Source of the DNA: Dicyema japonicum
Taxonomy: Eukaryota > Animalia > Dicyemida
Assembly: GCA_011109175.1 (NCBI GenBank)
Contig: RDEW01000023.1
Coordinates: 283,225-347,224 of the forward strand
Length of the DNA: 64,000 bases
Direction of reading: 5' to 3'
Positions 36,481-48,123 of this stretch are shown here, piece by piece. Each line of letters starts with the position of its first letter. The stretch's first letter is position 1. The notes under the pieces are model-generated. The model searched no databases. It worked only from the letters and a program-made list of their open reading frames with translations, and had not been told where the DNA came from. A program made the translations under genes and the position numbers.

Positions 36481-37394
36481 TGAGGACTAAGGTCGGTGCA
36501 GAGTTTTTAATCTTCCATCAGAGATAATTAATGTTGTTGAGGACACAAATAAGGTTATTTCTTGCAGTTTAAGTTAAATTGTGTCATGTGCAAAGTAATA
36601 TTTTTCAGTAAAACAATTTTATTACCTACTAGCTGGACAGGTCGATTCGCTCACATCGAAAGCTTAATTGTTTTTTAATTCATAAGAATATTTTGTATTT
36701 GCCGTCAACTTATAGAGTTTTTGCTGATGTAAAATACAGTATATGTTGGTAGATCCTGAAAGTTAAAGTTCATCTAGTTTGAATCTAATAAGTACATTTA
36801 TTTTTTAGAAAATGTTCGATAGGCAGAACAAAAATGGTGAGGTAAACCATAGTTTGCTAATTCAAATACTACTAGTTAAGCGATCAGATAATTAAGCTGG
36901 TGACATCCCTCTATTATGCCTCTATATCTTCAAATGAATATAATTTTTCCTCTTTGTTCTAGTGTTAATAAACGGAATGTTGAACTAAAGAAACATTGGA
37001 TATAAAATGTTTCGAGAGTAAGAAAGCGTAAGGCAATCCATTAAATTCGAATTTCATTGACCTAAAACTTGGGGGAGTCTGAGCAAGTATATTACTATTC
37101 GTTTCATCACTGATAAAAGCCCTAGTTTTTATTCATTTTGATGGACTATATGACTGACCCTAAAAACTTGGGAAATGTAAAGTATTGACTTAAATCTGAC
37201 CCAAAAATTCAAAGATTCTGGACAAAAATTATCCACTTAAAATTATATTTAGTATGGTTCTATGTGAGCGACTAATTAAGGAAATAGCTTCATTTTATTG
37301 ACTTGAGTGAAATGGACGTCCTAACTTAAGATTTCTGGGAGATCCTCAATTAGATTCATAAAATTTTGATAAGATTTATTGAATGACCTTAAAG

Positions 37395-38576
37395 TCACCA
37401 AAAGTCAGAAATTTCGGAAACTGGTTCTGAATTACTGAATGACTTTCGTTCTTCTGAAACAGATAATTTTGATATAACTTCAAATTTTTCGAGAATTTCG
37501 GAATTCTTTAAGCTCTCGTTTTCTTTATCTTTTTTTGTTGAAAGTTGTAGACTTTCCTGCTGCGATAAGTTGATGTCGTTTGAATATTCATCGTCCTTAA
37601 CCTTTGAATCAAATTTACTGCCAAATTCAGTCGATATTTGTGAAATACCGGTCCTTGATTTATCAGTCAACTTTTCCGTGCATTCGTTGTCTGAATAATC
37701 AACGTTGTCGATAGAATATAGAAAGTTTTTAACTCGTAATTCCAAATCTGAGCTTTTATTTTCCAATTTTTTCAAAAAATCCGGTAAATTCTTCAAATCT
37801 TTGCGTTCTGTGTTTAATTTTGGGGACAAAACATCATTTAACTTGCTTTTTCCGGTAAGTTGTTCAAATTCCGGGATGAATTCCATATTTGACTTTAAAT
37901 TATGTGTCTCCGGTATCAAAAGAGCTTTAATCGTATTAATCTCCTTTTTTAGCTGTTTAACCTCTTCCATCATGGTGACGTTTTGAGGATCTTGCTGTGA
38001 TTGCATATTAGATGGTATTTGATGTTCTGATTCCGCTGTTTTTTCAATTTTAGGAAAATCAGCAACATTCTCTATTTTTGAATGACTTCTAAATTCAGCC
38101 ATAGAGTAGTCCCCCATATATAAATCCCCGTTTTTATACTTCTGTTCTATTAACCTCATTTTTTCGTCAAAGGATAGCAGGTTTTCCGTTTGTATACCAA
38201 CAATAGACGTTTCCGTGATTACTTTTTCGCACAATTTGTATAAAAAAGAATTCCCATTCGTTGGGGATATTCCGTTTAATGATGTGGTCAGGTATTCGAT
38301 TGTTAGACGTGGATTTTGAGTCGGGATAGAAGCTTCGGGGATCAGCACACTGCATGTTAGATCAAGATTGTTGGTTTGCAGGTGGTTGATTATTAGGGCG
38401 TTGACCAAATCAGTTACTTTTGGCGACAAATCGAATTTTGGCAGCGATGAAATATGCATCTGGTTGTCGATGAGTTCTTTGATAACATAACCTCGGGTTT
38501 CCAATCGAATCTTCTCGAAGACTTTACAATCGGTAAATTTTTTTAATAAATTTTTTCTAAACTCATCCACCTGCAT
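37395..38576 (-). CDS. OFD1: OFD1-like centriolar/ciliary protein (LisH N-terminus), 393 aa, apparently intronless
   Basis: DEFRKNLLKKF..RGYVIKEL, NALIINHLQ..SVLIPE and IQTENLLSFDEKMRLIEQKY align by eye with the OFD1 N-terminal blocks; uninterrupted ORF. Confidence 0.75.
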   Translation of the reverse strand: MQVDEFRKNLLKKFTDCKVFEKIRLETRGYVIKELIDNQMHISSLPKFDLSPKVTDLVNALIINHLQTNNLDLTCSVLIPEASIPTQNPRLTIEYLTTSLNGISPTNGNSFLYKLCEKVITETSIVGIQTENLLSFDEKMRLIEQKYKNGDLYMGDYSMAEFRSHSKIENVADFPKIEKTAESEHQIPSNMQSQQDPQNVTMMEEVKQLKKEINTIKALLIPETHNLKSNMEFIPEFEQLTGKSKLNDVLSPKLNTERKDLKNLPDFLKKLENKSSDLELRVKNFLYSIDNVDYSDNECTEKLTDKSRTGISQISTEFGSKFDSKVKDDEYSNDINLSQQESLQLSTKKDKENESLKNSEILEKFEVISKLSVSEERKSFSNSEPVSEISDFW

Positions 38577-38586
38577 TAAAATTTAC

Positions 38587-38600
38587 GTTTCTATGGTAAC
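38587..38600. promoter_or_regulatory. RFX-binding X-box
   Basis: GTTTCTATGGTAAC fits GTYNCYATRGNAAC at every position, 11-24 nt upstream of the OFD1 ATG. Confidence 0.7.
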
Positions 38601-38649
38601 TATAATTAATAAATTTTCATTTTTAATATATTCATTGCTGATTAATTGA

Positions 38650-38745
38650 ACAAATCTGGCTCGCCATTCCTGAGAGGGAATAGCCACACAGTCATTTGCC
38701 CACTTTTTCCCTTAATAAATTTGTTTTTATAAAAATAAAATAAAA
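38650..38745 (+). mobile_element. CRE-like extreme 3' remnant
   Basis: ctcgccattcctgagagggaatagccacacagt matches the ends at 1365-1410 and 24345-24380. Confidence 0.6.
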
Positions 38746-38855
38746 AATACTCATTTATTGAATATAATTTCATCCTAAAGCATCTTAATAGTCATTTTCA
38801 TTACAAAACTGGACTGCATTTGTTGGTTGCATAATGAAACATTCTTTATTAGCTT

Positions 38856-38922
38856 ACGTCATGTGGTTCACCGTTTCTGGTGGCGTCGGATATAGTCCTA
38901 AACTATATCTAAAAAGAACCAT
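38856..38922 (+). ncRNA. HDV/Pr77-like double-pseudoknot fold (copy C)
   Basis: P1 acgtc/ggcgt, P2 gtggttc/gaaccat, P3 acc/ggt, P4 gatatag/ctatatc, J4/2 (c)taaaaa. Confidence 0.55.
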
Positions 38923-38983
38923 TTGTTCTCTACCAACCAGAGGACTTCCCACTGGACGGCATTCTCTCACTGTTGGAACATTC

Positions 38984-39034
38984 TATCGATTGAGACTGTT
39001 GACCTCAGAAGACGTGGAACAAAATCCAGGCCCA
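38984..39034 (+). other. 2A-like (StopGo) peptide upstream of APE
   Basis: YRLRLLTSEDVEQNPGP fits D(V/I)ExNPGP. Confidence 0.8.
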
Positions 39035-40163
39035 AAGAAGTTAACAATCCAAAGTTTAAACATAAACGGGATCAGAGGAAATATTGCCGGACTTTCTTTA
39101 TTCTTGGAGAGGAACAGAGTGGACATCTGCCTTCTCCAGGAAACGAAGCTTTCAAATAACATTCATACTACTTTCTTTAACGGATACAACACAGTAAGAT
39201 CCGACCGCCGATCAGGCCAAGGAGGGGGTCTACTGACTCTTGTGAGAAAAGGAATAAAATACCTCGAGAACCCTTCTCCTTACAAAAGCTTAATGGAAGA
39301 CTCGAACAAGGAGATAATTGGAATCTGTTATAACTACCATTGAAAGAATTGAAATTGCGAATGTATATGTTCCTCCTCCTGACTCCTGCAAGAAAAATTT
39401 CTCCTTTGACCTATCTATTTTGGACAAACTGGAGAACTTGCTTTTATGTGGAGACCTGAATGCGAAGCATCCTTCTCGGTTCCGCTACCAGTTCGCTGAT
39501 ATCAGAGGAAACCTGCTATTATCCCAAATGCAAAACTTAATAATCATCAACAACCCGAAAAAAAAACACTAGGACACCATACAACATGAAGGACATGGTG
39601 AGATCTCCGGACTTATCAGTCTGCTCGCCTCGTCTTTCTCCGATCATTAATTGGACGGTCCGTTATGACCTCCGGAGTGACCACCATTCAATGATAATGA
39701 AGCTGAACTGCGAGCCACGTTTTGTACCGAAGCCTATTCATTTCTATGATTACAAAAATGCAAATTGGACTGGCTTTACAAATTTCGTTGATTCAAAACT
39801 GCAACATTTCCACCCTGAAAATTTCTCTGAAATTTTGAGTGACTAATCACCTTATCTCAAGAGGCTCTGAACTCGGAGGTGACGTAGAAGAGGAACCAAG
39901 AAAAACAGCTGTTTTGTCAAGTGATTTTCTTTCTCAAGTGGTATACGAGGGGAACGGTGATGGTGATACAAAGGGCCAATGCCCAAAGAGGAGAAGAATT
40001 CAGCTTGCATAGTATTAATTAATTACAATTGATTTTCTTTATTCGATTTTTAATAATTAGTAAAATTTTAACTTATTTTAAAACAAAATTATCAATAATT
40101 CCAATAAATCGTTAAAATAAGTACAATTGAAAATAAAATTACAACAAACTAACATTTTAAAAT

Positions 40164-41570
40164 TTACACGGAAGATGATTTATAAGAGGCAAAAACATGT
40201 TTATCTTTCGTATATTTTCTTCCATTAACCACCAAAACAACTGGCGAGTTGACGCGGATTGAATTAAATGACATTTTCTGCAAAATAAGTAGCAAATTAC
40301 CTCAGAAATGGAGTGTCTGCTAAAATGGGGTTCAGGGATCGCGACAGAGTCCCCCAATTTTACACCTTCTCCCATCCTCATATTATAAACGGTCACACAG
40401 ACGCAGTGCTCTTCCTTATCACAGAGTCCAAACGTGCTAAAATGCCCAAAAAAATAAACTATGGGAGAGACTGATCGGAAGACAACGAATAGACGACTTT
40501 CCCAATCACAACGGTCTCGGAATTCAGCCCCTCTGACAAATCTCCAATCAGTTTCACTTCCAATTTATATTTTTTGTCTCTGTAAGGGCCCAAAGACTGG
40601 TCGGAAATAGAGTGGCACATCAAGGTAAGTCTCTTGGAGCTCACCAATCCACGTGACCTTGTCAGATTGTCAACTTTTTCTAAAAACTCCCTGACTGTCT
40701 TTAAAAACTTCACAGGTTCCTCCCAGTCAGGATCCAGAAGGACAACTCGCTGGAAAGCGAAGAGACTCTCAGAAAATCGCTCCTCGAATAGATTTAACTA
40801 GAATCAGTCAATTTATCTCACAATTCTCTTGTTGTAGTACAAGGTGGGACTAAATTCTGCTATTTTGTCCCTTCCTGGCTTGTTGTACGCCATGAGGGCC
40901 GACTTCAAGTAAGAATCTTTATAGCCATCCACAAAAAATTGAAAAATAGGCATTTCCTACGATTTGTGGAATAATTAGATCTGAGACCCCAGGAAAGTCC
41001 ATCATTTAAGTCCAACTTTAGGGCCTCTTTGGCCATTTCCAGCCCGAGAGAATGAGTCTTTACCTTTGTCAAGGGACTACCTGTAGAGAACTGAAAGGGA
41101 TCGAAAAGTTCTTTTATTTGGGTGCTGGATTGATTACATCTAAGATACCCATCGATTTGCATTTTCAAAACAATTTATAGCTCCGTTGATATCTCCACCT
41201 CTCCAATAAGACTCTCCTAGCTCATTCCAAGCTTCCATCTTGTCAGGGAGCATTTTGATCGACCTGCTTCGATGCTTTTCAGCCAAGGGATTGTATTCGT
41301 CAGATAAATTGTAGGACCTCCCCCACAAATTATCAATCATCCCAATGTCTGCACAATGTGGAGTACTTTCAAGAGCCAAAATTAACTGGTTGTATTTTTC
41401 CTGAACAGTTTTGATGTCTTTTTGTAGCTTGTGAGTGGACTCGATTCCTTCAGAGATCAAATATGTGTCCTTCATAAGGTAGATATCATCCAAGAGAGCC
41501 TTGGTTCAGTAACTGGGAAATAATCTCCAATTTTATTTTCAAGATTTTCGAGATGATCAATAATCAAAGA
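40164..41570 (-). pseudogene. TTC5: TTC5 homologue with apparent nonsense and frameshift lesions (or assembly errors)
   Basis: EAWNELGESYW, EALKLDLNDGLSW, LDPDWEEP, VIGKVVYSL, GDSVAIPEP, VLVVNG; 23-24-nt introns. In-frame TAG at 41077-41079 with a frame change, a second 1-nt shift near 40930-40950, and an unresolved first exon. Confidence 0.75.
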
Positions 41571-41599
41571 AAACCATTTTTCAGGTTAATTATCACCAA

Positions 41600-42720
41600 T
41601 CTTATTTTCTACTATCGGAAACATTGAAGCGTTGTTATTTCGTATTTTTCTTTTCCATAGTGACAATTTTTCTTTAAACGCAGACATTTTTCCATAGCTT
41701 CAATGTTGGAACCATTATTACCTTAACATAAATAATTGATGAAGAATAAAACCAAATAGTTAAAGGCTACTGGCTGCTCTCAGGATTGAGAGCGCATTTC
41801 TCCTTACGATCTGTAACTTCAGTATGAAATAAAAACACTGAATGATATGCTCCTAATTCTTCACAGAGTATTTTAAAAAGTCGATGATTTGTAGCCCTAC
41901 CTCGAATCAAATTCACAATCTTGACTGTTGAATCAAGTACATTTTTTAGCTCAAATGGCAGAGTTTTTGTAGCGAGTACATATTTATGAATGACACAGTG
42001 TTTCGTAATTACATGTGGTGCTACTTCTTTCACCGATGTGACAAAACCAGAACGATGTCCTATCATAGCTGGTGACCATCTGTACAAATAGATCCAACTT
42101 TATCCCAGTGAATACAATTGTCACGTAAGAAGCCAGAAAACAAATTAAAAATATCATTAGCTGTTGTTCTTGCAGTTAATTCCAAACAAAATAAAAACTC
42201 GTCATGAATAGAGTCCATGTCGACAAAACGGACAAATGCAACCAACTGATTTATAGATGTTATATCGGTAGATTCATCCAATTGTATACTAATTCTGCAT
42301 GGGCGGCCGTTTATTTTCATAACAAGTTGTTCCAAAACATTACAAGACATGTTTCGTATTCGATTCGTAGTCGTGTCATTAGATAAAGGTACATTTTTAA
42401 ATTTTTGTACGGCATCTTTATCGAGCAATATTCTTGCCATTGTCAATGCGGAAGGTTTTATTAAATTTTCTCCAGAAGAATGAGATGCTTTGTTTTTGGC
42501 AATAATTAAGGATATCTAAAATAAATGCTTCAATTATTAATACCTCATATGAAGCTAGCAGACATGGTTTATCTATTGGTCTAAATCCGAAATTACTAAG
42601 TTTTCCAGATTTATCATATTTAGTTCTCTTTGCAATAAAACTTTCGACAGTGTCAACATTTTGTGGGTGAGTTTTTTCCTTATGTCTTTTTAATTGTGAC
42701 GGCTTCAAAGAGTTGTTTCC
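41600..42720 (-). mobile_element. hAT/Buster-type transposase remnant
   Basis: SLKPSQLKRH, VPLSNDTTTNRI, SIQLDESTD, ICTDG, HCVIH..LATK. Confidence 0.85.
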
Positions 42721-44890
42721 CATGTTCGCCAGCTTCCTCAGGCTGGTTCGATTCTGGTTTCTGAAACAACTCCGAGAGCGCCTTGTCCAATTGAACCCTT
42801 TACCCATATGGCATCTCAGGGCTCTGCCTCCTATACTCCAGTGTCAGGCTCTCTAGGGTCCGCTTTAACATAGTGGACTGTAGATAGGCCTGGAGCTTCC
42901 TATCTACCCCAACTGCTTCAGATAACCCTTGTGGTACTTTGTTGCAATTCCTTCCCACGTCATTACTATTGGAATAACGAGGGCCTTGCAGCCAAGCATC
43001 TGCCCCATCTTGTTTGCAAGCAAGTCATACTTCCTTTTTTTCTCCACCTCCACAGTCTGCAAACGGTCTTGAGACGTAATACCAACCTCGTTGATAAGGA
43101 CTTGGCCAGACTCCTTATCGTGTACCACAATGTCCGGTTTATTGTGTTTGACTAGCACCGAGGTGCGGATAACAGTGTCTACCTTAATTTGGACTCTGGT
43201 GTTCTCTACTACAGATTGCATCTTATGAGTCCGCAACTTTCTGGTGTGGCGAATACCTTGCTTATTGCATAATAGAAGATGAAGACTCCTTACTACCTCG
43301 TTATGCCTCCACATATAGTCGTGGCAGAGCATGGATCCACATCGAGTGGCTAAATGATCAACCGACATGCTCCTTGACTTACAGTGGGGACATGCATTTG
43401 TTGATCGACTCCAAAAAATATTGCGGTCTTGCATATACGTGTACAGCAACTGATTCCCGGAGAGAATCCCATTTGCTTTTACAAAGCTCCTGACCTCATT
43501 AGCTACCAATTTGGTCATCAGTTTATACAGGGTTGGCATGCAGGTTATCGGTCGATAATCTGCAGTAGACTGAGGGTTGTCCAGCTTTGGGATCAAATAA
43601 GTTGTCCCTGTGCAGGCCTAATCAGGAATCGTTTCCGGGTTAGTGATGCTTTTCTGTAATCGTGCAATGAAGTGCATCTTTTGATAAAGAAATTATAAAC
43701 TTTATCGAGCCCGGTCGTTTTCCAATCAGGGAGATGTCTCACTACCGCCTCAAATTTCTTGCGAAAATCAAAAATTCCGCAAGATTCCGCCAAGAAAGGA
43801 GCGGCGCTGTACGGGACATTCCACGCATTTCCTCTGCGTGGTTTAGCCTCCCGCATAATACTCCATGTGGAAAGCATTTCCGCGTCCTGCTGGGAACATA
43901 CACTATGGCCATTTTCGTGTAGGCGACGGTAAAACAATCTGCGATTAAACTCAAACAGATTATTTTCTCTCCTTCTCTTACACCGACTTTCATGTGTATA
44001 GAGTTTCCTCTTATACACCATTATTTCCCCCTTCTATCTCCACCTTTGCCCTTCTCAACTCTTTGAGGTCCCATTTGGGAACACGGAGTTTACTAATTAG
44101 CCCCTTTACTATAGGCGGTGCTTTTCCTCTAACCCCTCTCGCCACCCTACTTATGTGCCCCTCCAGTGCTTCCAGCTCAGTCTGTCTCCAAGCAATCTTG
44201 GCACAGACCTGCTCACTCCATTTACTGGGTGGTCTGGGCTTGTCTATCAATTCCTCATAGGTGATCTGTGCTGCATACAGCACTAGGGAGATGTCACCCA
44301 GTGACCCTACTGGCTTAGCCTCCACCGCATAAGCCACAGCCTTATTGATACAGGTTAACACTACTCCGTTAACCTTACAATGAGGGATCTTGAGGGTAAA
44401 TCTACGGTCCTCAAGTGGGACATCTGCCGCTGCAGCGAGATTCCGCGCGAAGACCTCATAAACATGCTTGAGCTGCAACGTATCACAGCTCTGGTGCTCG
44501 TGCTCTCTTTGACAGTTGTGGTCACCTGGTCCCCGCCCCTTTAGACCAGTACCCTCTTTGCCTACAGCCATTTTCTTGAGTTCACTCACAGATATAGCAG
44601 TACTGAATCTGCCACTGTAGAGCTCCGCCAAGTATGGCCAACCATTCCAGATAGCCTGCTACGTACCTGCAGGACTACCTGCCTCGCCCATTCTTTTGGG
44701 TCATCTGCCACAACGCTCTCGGATATGGCAAGAATTACATTCATACCATCAGGTAACGCAAGTGATCCTTCTCCTTTTTTCCTTTCAACATTTTTGCCAA
44801 CTCTAGAGAGTTTTAGCGCCACCGAATCGAAACCACGTTGCATGTTTTGCGAATAAATAATAAGAATTAAATAATTTTTTTTAGTCATAA
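42720..44890 (-). mobile_element. R4/Dong-like LINE with a large internal RT deletion, abutting the hAT remnant
   Basis: DYRPITCMPTLYKL jumps to CPHC..DHLATRC..RHNEVV, NKPDIV, IEVG-like motifs; N-terminal region at 44011-44631. Confidence 0.85.
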
Positions 44891-44949
44891 AAATTAATTG
44901 ACCTAAAAATATTTCTGGGGACCACGTTAAGAAACACTGGTCTAGTTGC

Positions 44950-45700
44950 TTCTTAAAGATATCTGGGGCTTCTTACGTAAAACATGATCCACCTTCTGGA
45001 TTGATCAAAGTGATTTTCATATAATTTTTTTTCCGACCAGTTATTCTTTTGTAACAAAAGATTTCGACGGCGTTCGCTTTATGTATAAAGCTGTTTCGTC
45101 ACAGTTGAAAATATTTTCACTTCCTACAGTTTCCGAATCAGAGAAAAAATTGGATACAGAAGCAAGGTCAGACGAATTCATTTCTCCACTTATATTTTTG
45201 AATAGTAACTCGTGCCTTTTCTTGAACCGGTCGAGCCATCCATTTGATGCCTTAAATGATTCATAATTTATTTTTGTAGAAATTTTTTTTTGCAATGAGT
45301 TTTAATATAATTCCAGAAATTAGAAGAAATTCAATTCTCAAATGTAGAAAAGTTTCAAAAACTAATCTATCTAGTGTAGATGATTTATCTTGTGTAGAAG
45401 ATTGATCATTTTGATCGCATGATTCCTTGTTTCGATTGCATTCAGTTAATCCCACGTCATCTCTCAAACGTAGAAAAGTTTCAAAAACTAATCTATCTAG
45501 TGTAGACGATTTATCTTGTGTAGAAGATTGATTATTTGGATCGCATGATTCCTTGTTTCGATCGCATTCAGTTAATCCCACGTCAAAATAATAAACCAAA
45601 TTTTGTTTAATGCGAGAAAAAGTACCTGTAATTAATAATTATTTAAAAAGATACCTTTGCTCGTTTTATACTTTTTAGCGAGATCTCTTTCTGAAAATTG
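44950..45700 (-). mobile_element. pogo/Tigger-like transposase remnant
   Basis: FKASNGWLDRFKKRH..IFNCDETALY (CENP-B HTH and start of DDE). Confidence 0.8.
45336..45584. repeat. 126-bp tandem duplication (42 codons)
   Basis: gtagaaaagtttc at 45344 and 45470; the repeat is visible in ORF 45261-45599. Confidence 0.92.
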
Positions 45701-45885
45701 ACCATGTTTTATATCTTTAGCAATTTTAATTTTTGTTTCATAATTAATCTTTGAATTCTTTTTACGAACCATACAAGAATCAAAATAAACACGTGAAATA
45801 ATAGTACTATTTAATAATTAATAAATAAAATAACATTTTGTAATTAAATAAATTAAATATGTGCCCCAAACCGGGGTCATCAAAA

Positions 45886-46563
45886 GAATGGACAACATCC
45901 TTAATGAACGTTGGCGACATGTTAATAAGCTTGGATCCCTACTGGGGGACACAGAAGACATCATCAAAAAGAAAACACTTGCAGGAGTAGCAATGCGAAA
46001 ACTCAAAAAGGGATGGCTGAAAGGACTAGATGTCAATCTGCGGATACGCATGTACAATGCATTTGTGAAACCGATACTGACATACAATGCTGGTACTTGG
46101 GCCTGTACAGGTGCGGAATCAATGGCTCTCGATGGGTTCCACAGAAAACAGCTTAGAGTATTATTTGGCATGCAGTGGCCGGCCAGAATCTCGAATACCG
46201 GTATTTACAAAAAATGCAAGAGTAGGCCTCTAAGCCTGGAAATCACTGACGCCCGGTGGAGACTGTTTGGTCACGTACTACGCATGGATCTTGCTGCCCC
46301 GGCTAATGTGGCGATGGAGGACCATTTCATGTTCGAGGGCAAATGCTTCCGTGGCAGACCAAGGATGACCCTACCTATCATGCTGCACAAAGACCTCCAA
46401 AGGATGAAGAAATGCCTAAAGACGGGAGACGATCTGGACATGCTGAGATCGACTGCGTGTAACCGTGGAGGATGGAAGAGGCTAACTAATAACATTGTTT
46501 CTTGTATTGCACATGCTTTGCTATAACTATTATGGCAAGGCGATAAGTGCTGTAATAATAAAT
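45886..46563 (+). mobile_element. 5'-truncated RTE-like insertion with 14-bp TSD
   Basis: TSD cggggtcatcaaaa at 45872-45885 and 46564-46577; ORF KLGSLLG..RWRLFGHVLRM..RGRPRMTLP. Confidence 0.9.
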
Positions 46564-46699
46564 CGGGGTCATCAAAAATAAATAATATAATGAAAATTGA
46601 CTGTTTTCAAAAACTGCCCCTAAAAGCGGGGGTGCCCCAAAAACCGAGGGTGGACCACCCCTGGGGTCTGCCCCAAACCGGGGTCGTACTGTAATGATT

Positions 46700-46941
46700 C
46701 ATCACTTTTGATTTATTTATGCCTACTATTTTTTATAAAATTGTTCTAGAAGGGAAAGATTGAAGAAAAGATTCCCGTTTCATCCATGTTTAGCAATTCG
46801 TCAGGGTCAACTTCTTTTAACCTATCAATCATATTTTTTATTCAAATTATGTTCATCCTGTTTATATGGAACTTCGTAAAATTTTGCTGACTCATCGAAA
46901 AAAATCGGATTATTGAAGTTCGGATTAATGTGGGTTTACTG
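46700..46941 (-). mobile_element. pogo-like remnant with terminal sequence
   Basis: MDETGIF motif and cagtaaacccacattaatccga end. Confidence 0.45.
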
Positions 46942-47039
46942 AATATAATGGACAATTGGACAGCTATGTTGACTTTTTCTAATTTAAATTAGTTCTCATT
47001 TTCGAAAGTCACAATTCTAATCCTGTTCACAAGTGTATT

Positions 47040-47900
47040 TCAGGTTTTCATGTGGGTCATCTGCTGGTGTAAAAAATTGCCTAAATTTTTAGCGAACAAA
47101 CCCAGCTTATTTTTTTACCAAACAACTACCAAATAGTTTGCTTGGTCGGTGGGTCATCTGCTGGTGTAAAAAATTGCCTAAATTTTTAGCGAACAAACCC
47201 AGCTTATTTTTTTACCAAACAACTACCAAATAGTTTGCTTGGTCGTGGCTACGAGACGAGAGTACCAAACTACCTATCCCAGATTTGTTTAATCAGTTGT
47301 GATGATGTTGAACCTAACCCTGACCAGACTCAATTCAACGAAAGTTAAAGATGATAAAGTTGAACATAAACTGACTTTCCAAAAATGTTTTGATTTACGT
47401 AACTTTTTGCAAAATCATTTTGTAGACATTGTCCTTATCCAAGAAACTAGGATTACACCGAAATCAAAGACTACATATTTCAAGAACTATTCTTTATTAC
47501 GTTTCGACCACGTTTCCAGCTCAGCTGGGGTGGTTTACTTATTCTTTTGCATATATCTTTTCATTTTGCTGATTCTTATTTTTTATTAAATCTTTCATAT
47601 CTGAGAATCCTCATATTAAATTTTCATCAATCTAGATCAATCAAGAAGACCTGTTTAACTGTCGTCAATGTTTACATTCCTTCTATTTCTTTTACTTATG
47701 GTTACACAAAAAAATTACTTCCTCTTATGGTTATTGAACATATTTATATGGTGATTTTAATATTCATCACCCATACCTGATTGGCCTTGAACATGTCTGA
47801 TCATGAAATTTGAAAAAAAAAATTTTTGGAGATCTGGTTGTCTTGAACGATCCAGGTTTACGCTCCCTGAACATTCAATATGATCTTAAATATTAAGAAA
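47040..47900 (+). mobile_element. Decayed Vingi-like LINE 5' portion with 96-bp tandem duplication
   Basis: Repeat 47052-47246; LISCDDVEPNPDQ (decayed 2A); IVLIQETRI. Confidence 0.65.
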
Positions 47901-48123
47901 TATATAAAACACGCATTTAAAGTTTAAAAACTAACAGTTAAAACTCTCATAATTTTGAACGCATTTCTCTGAGGATTTGAAGGAAATGCGTTCAATGAAC
48001 CAGCTCCTTTCTCTCTTATCATTTTCCTCTTCGCGATTGAAATCCGATTCTGTTTAGCAGGTCAGCGACCTGCTTTCTATGATTCCTGGCGTTTTAACGG
48101 AGACCTCATTCTATTGCTTAGAG

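Larger units (their letters stand above)
38850..39860 (+). mobile_element. Vingi/Ingi-like LINE 5' portion: RNA fold, 2A peptide, APE
   Basis: LRLLTSEDVEQNPGP then SLNINGIRG, LLQET, CGDLNAKH, SPDL, SDHH; sister copy at 59200-60020. Confidence 0.88.
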
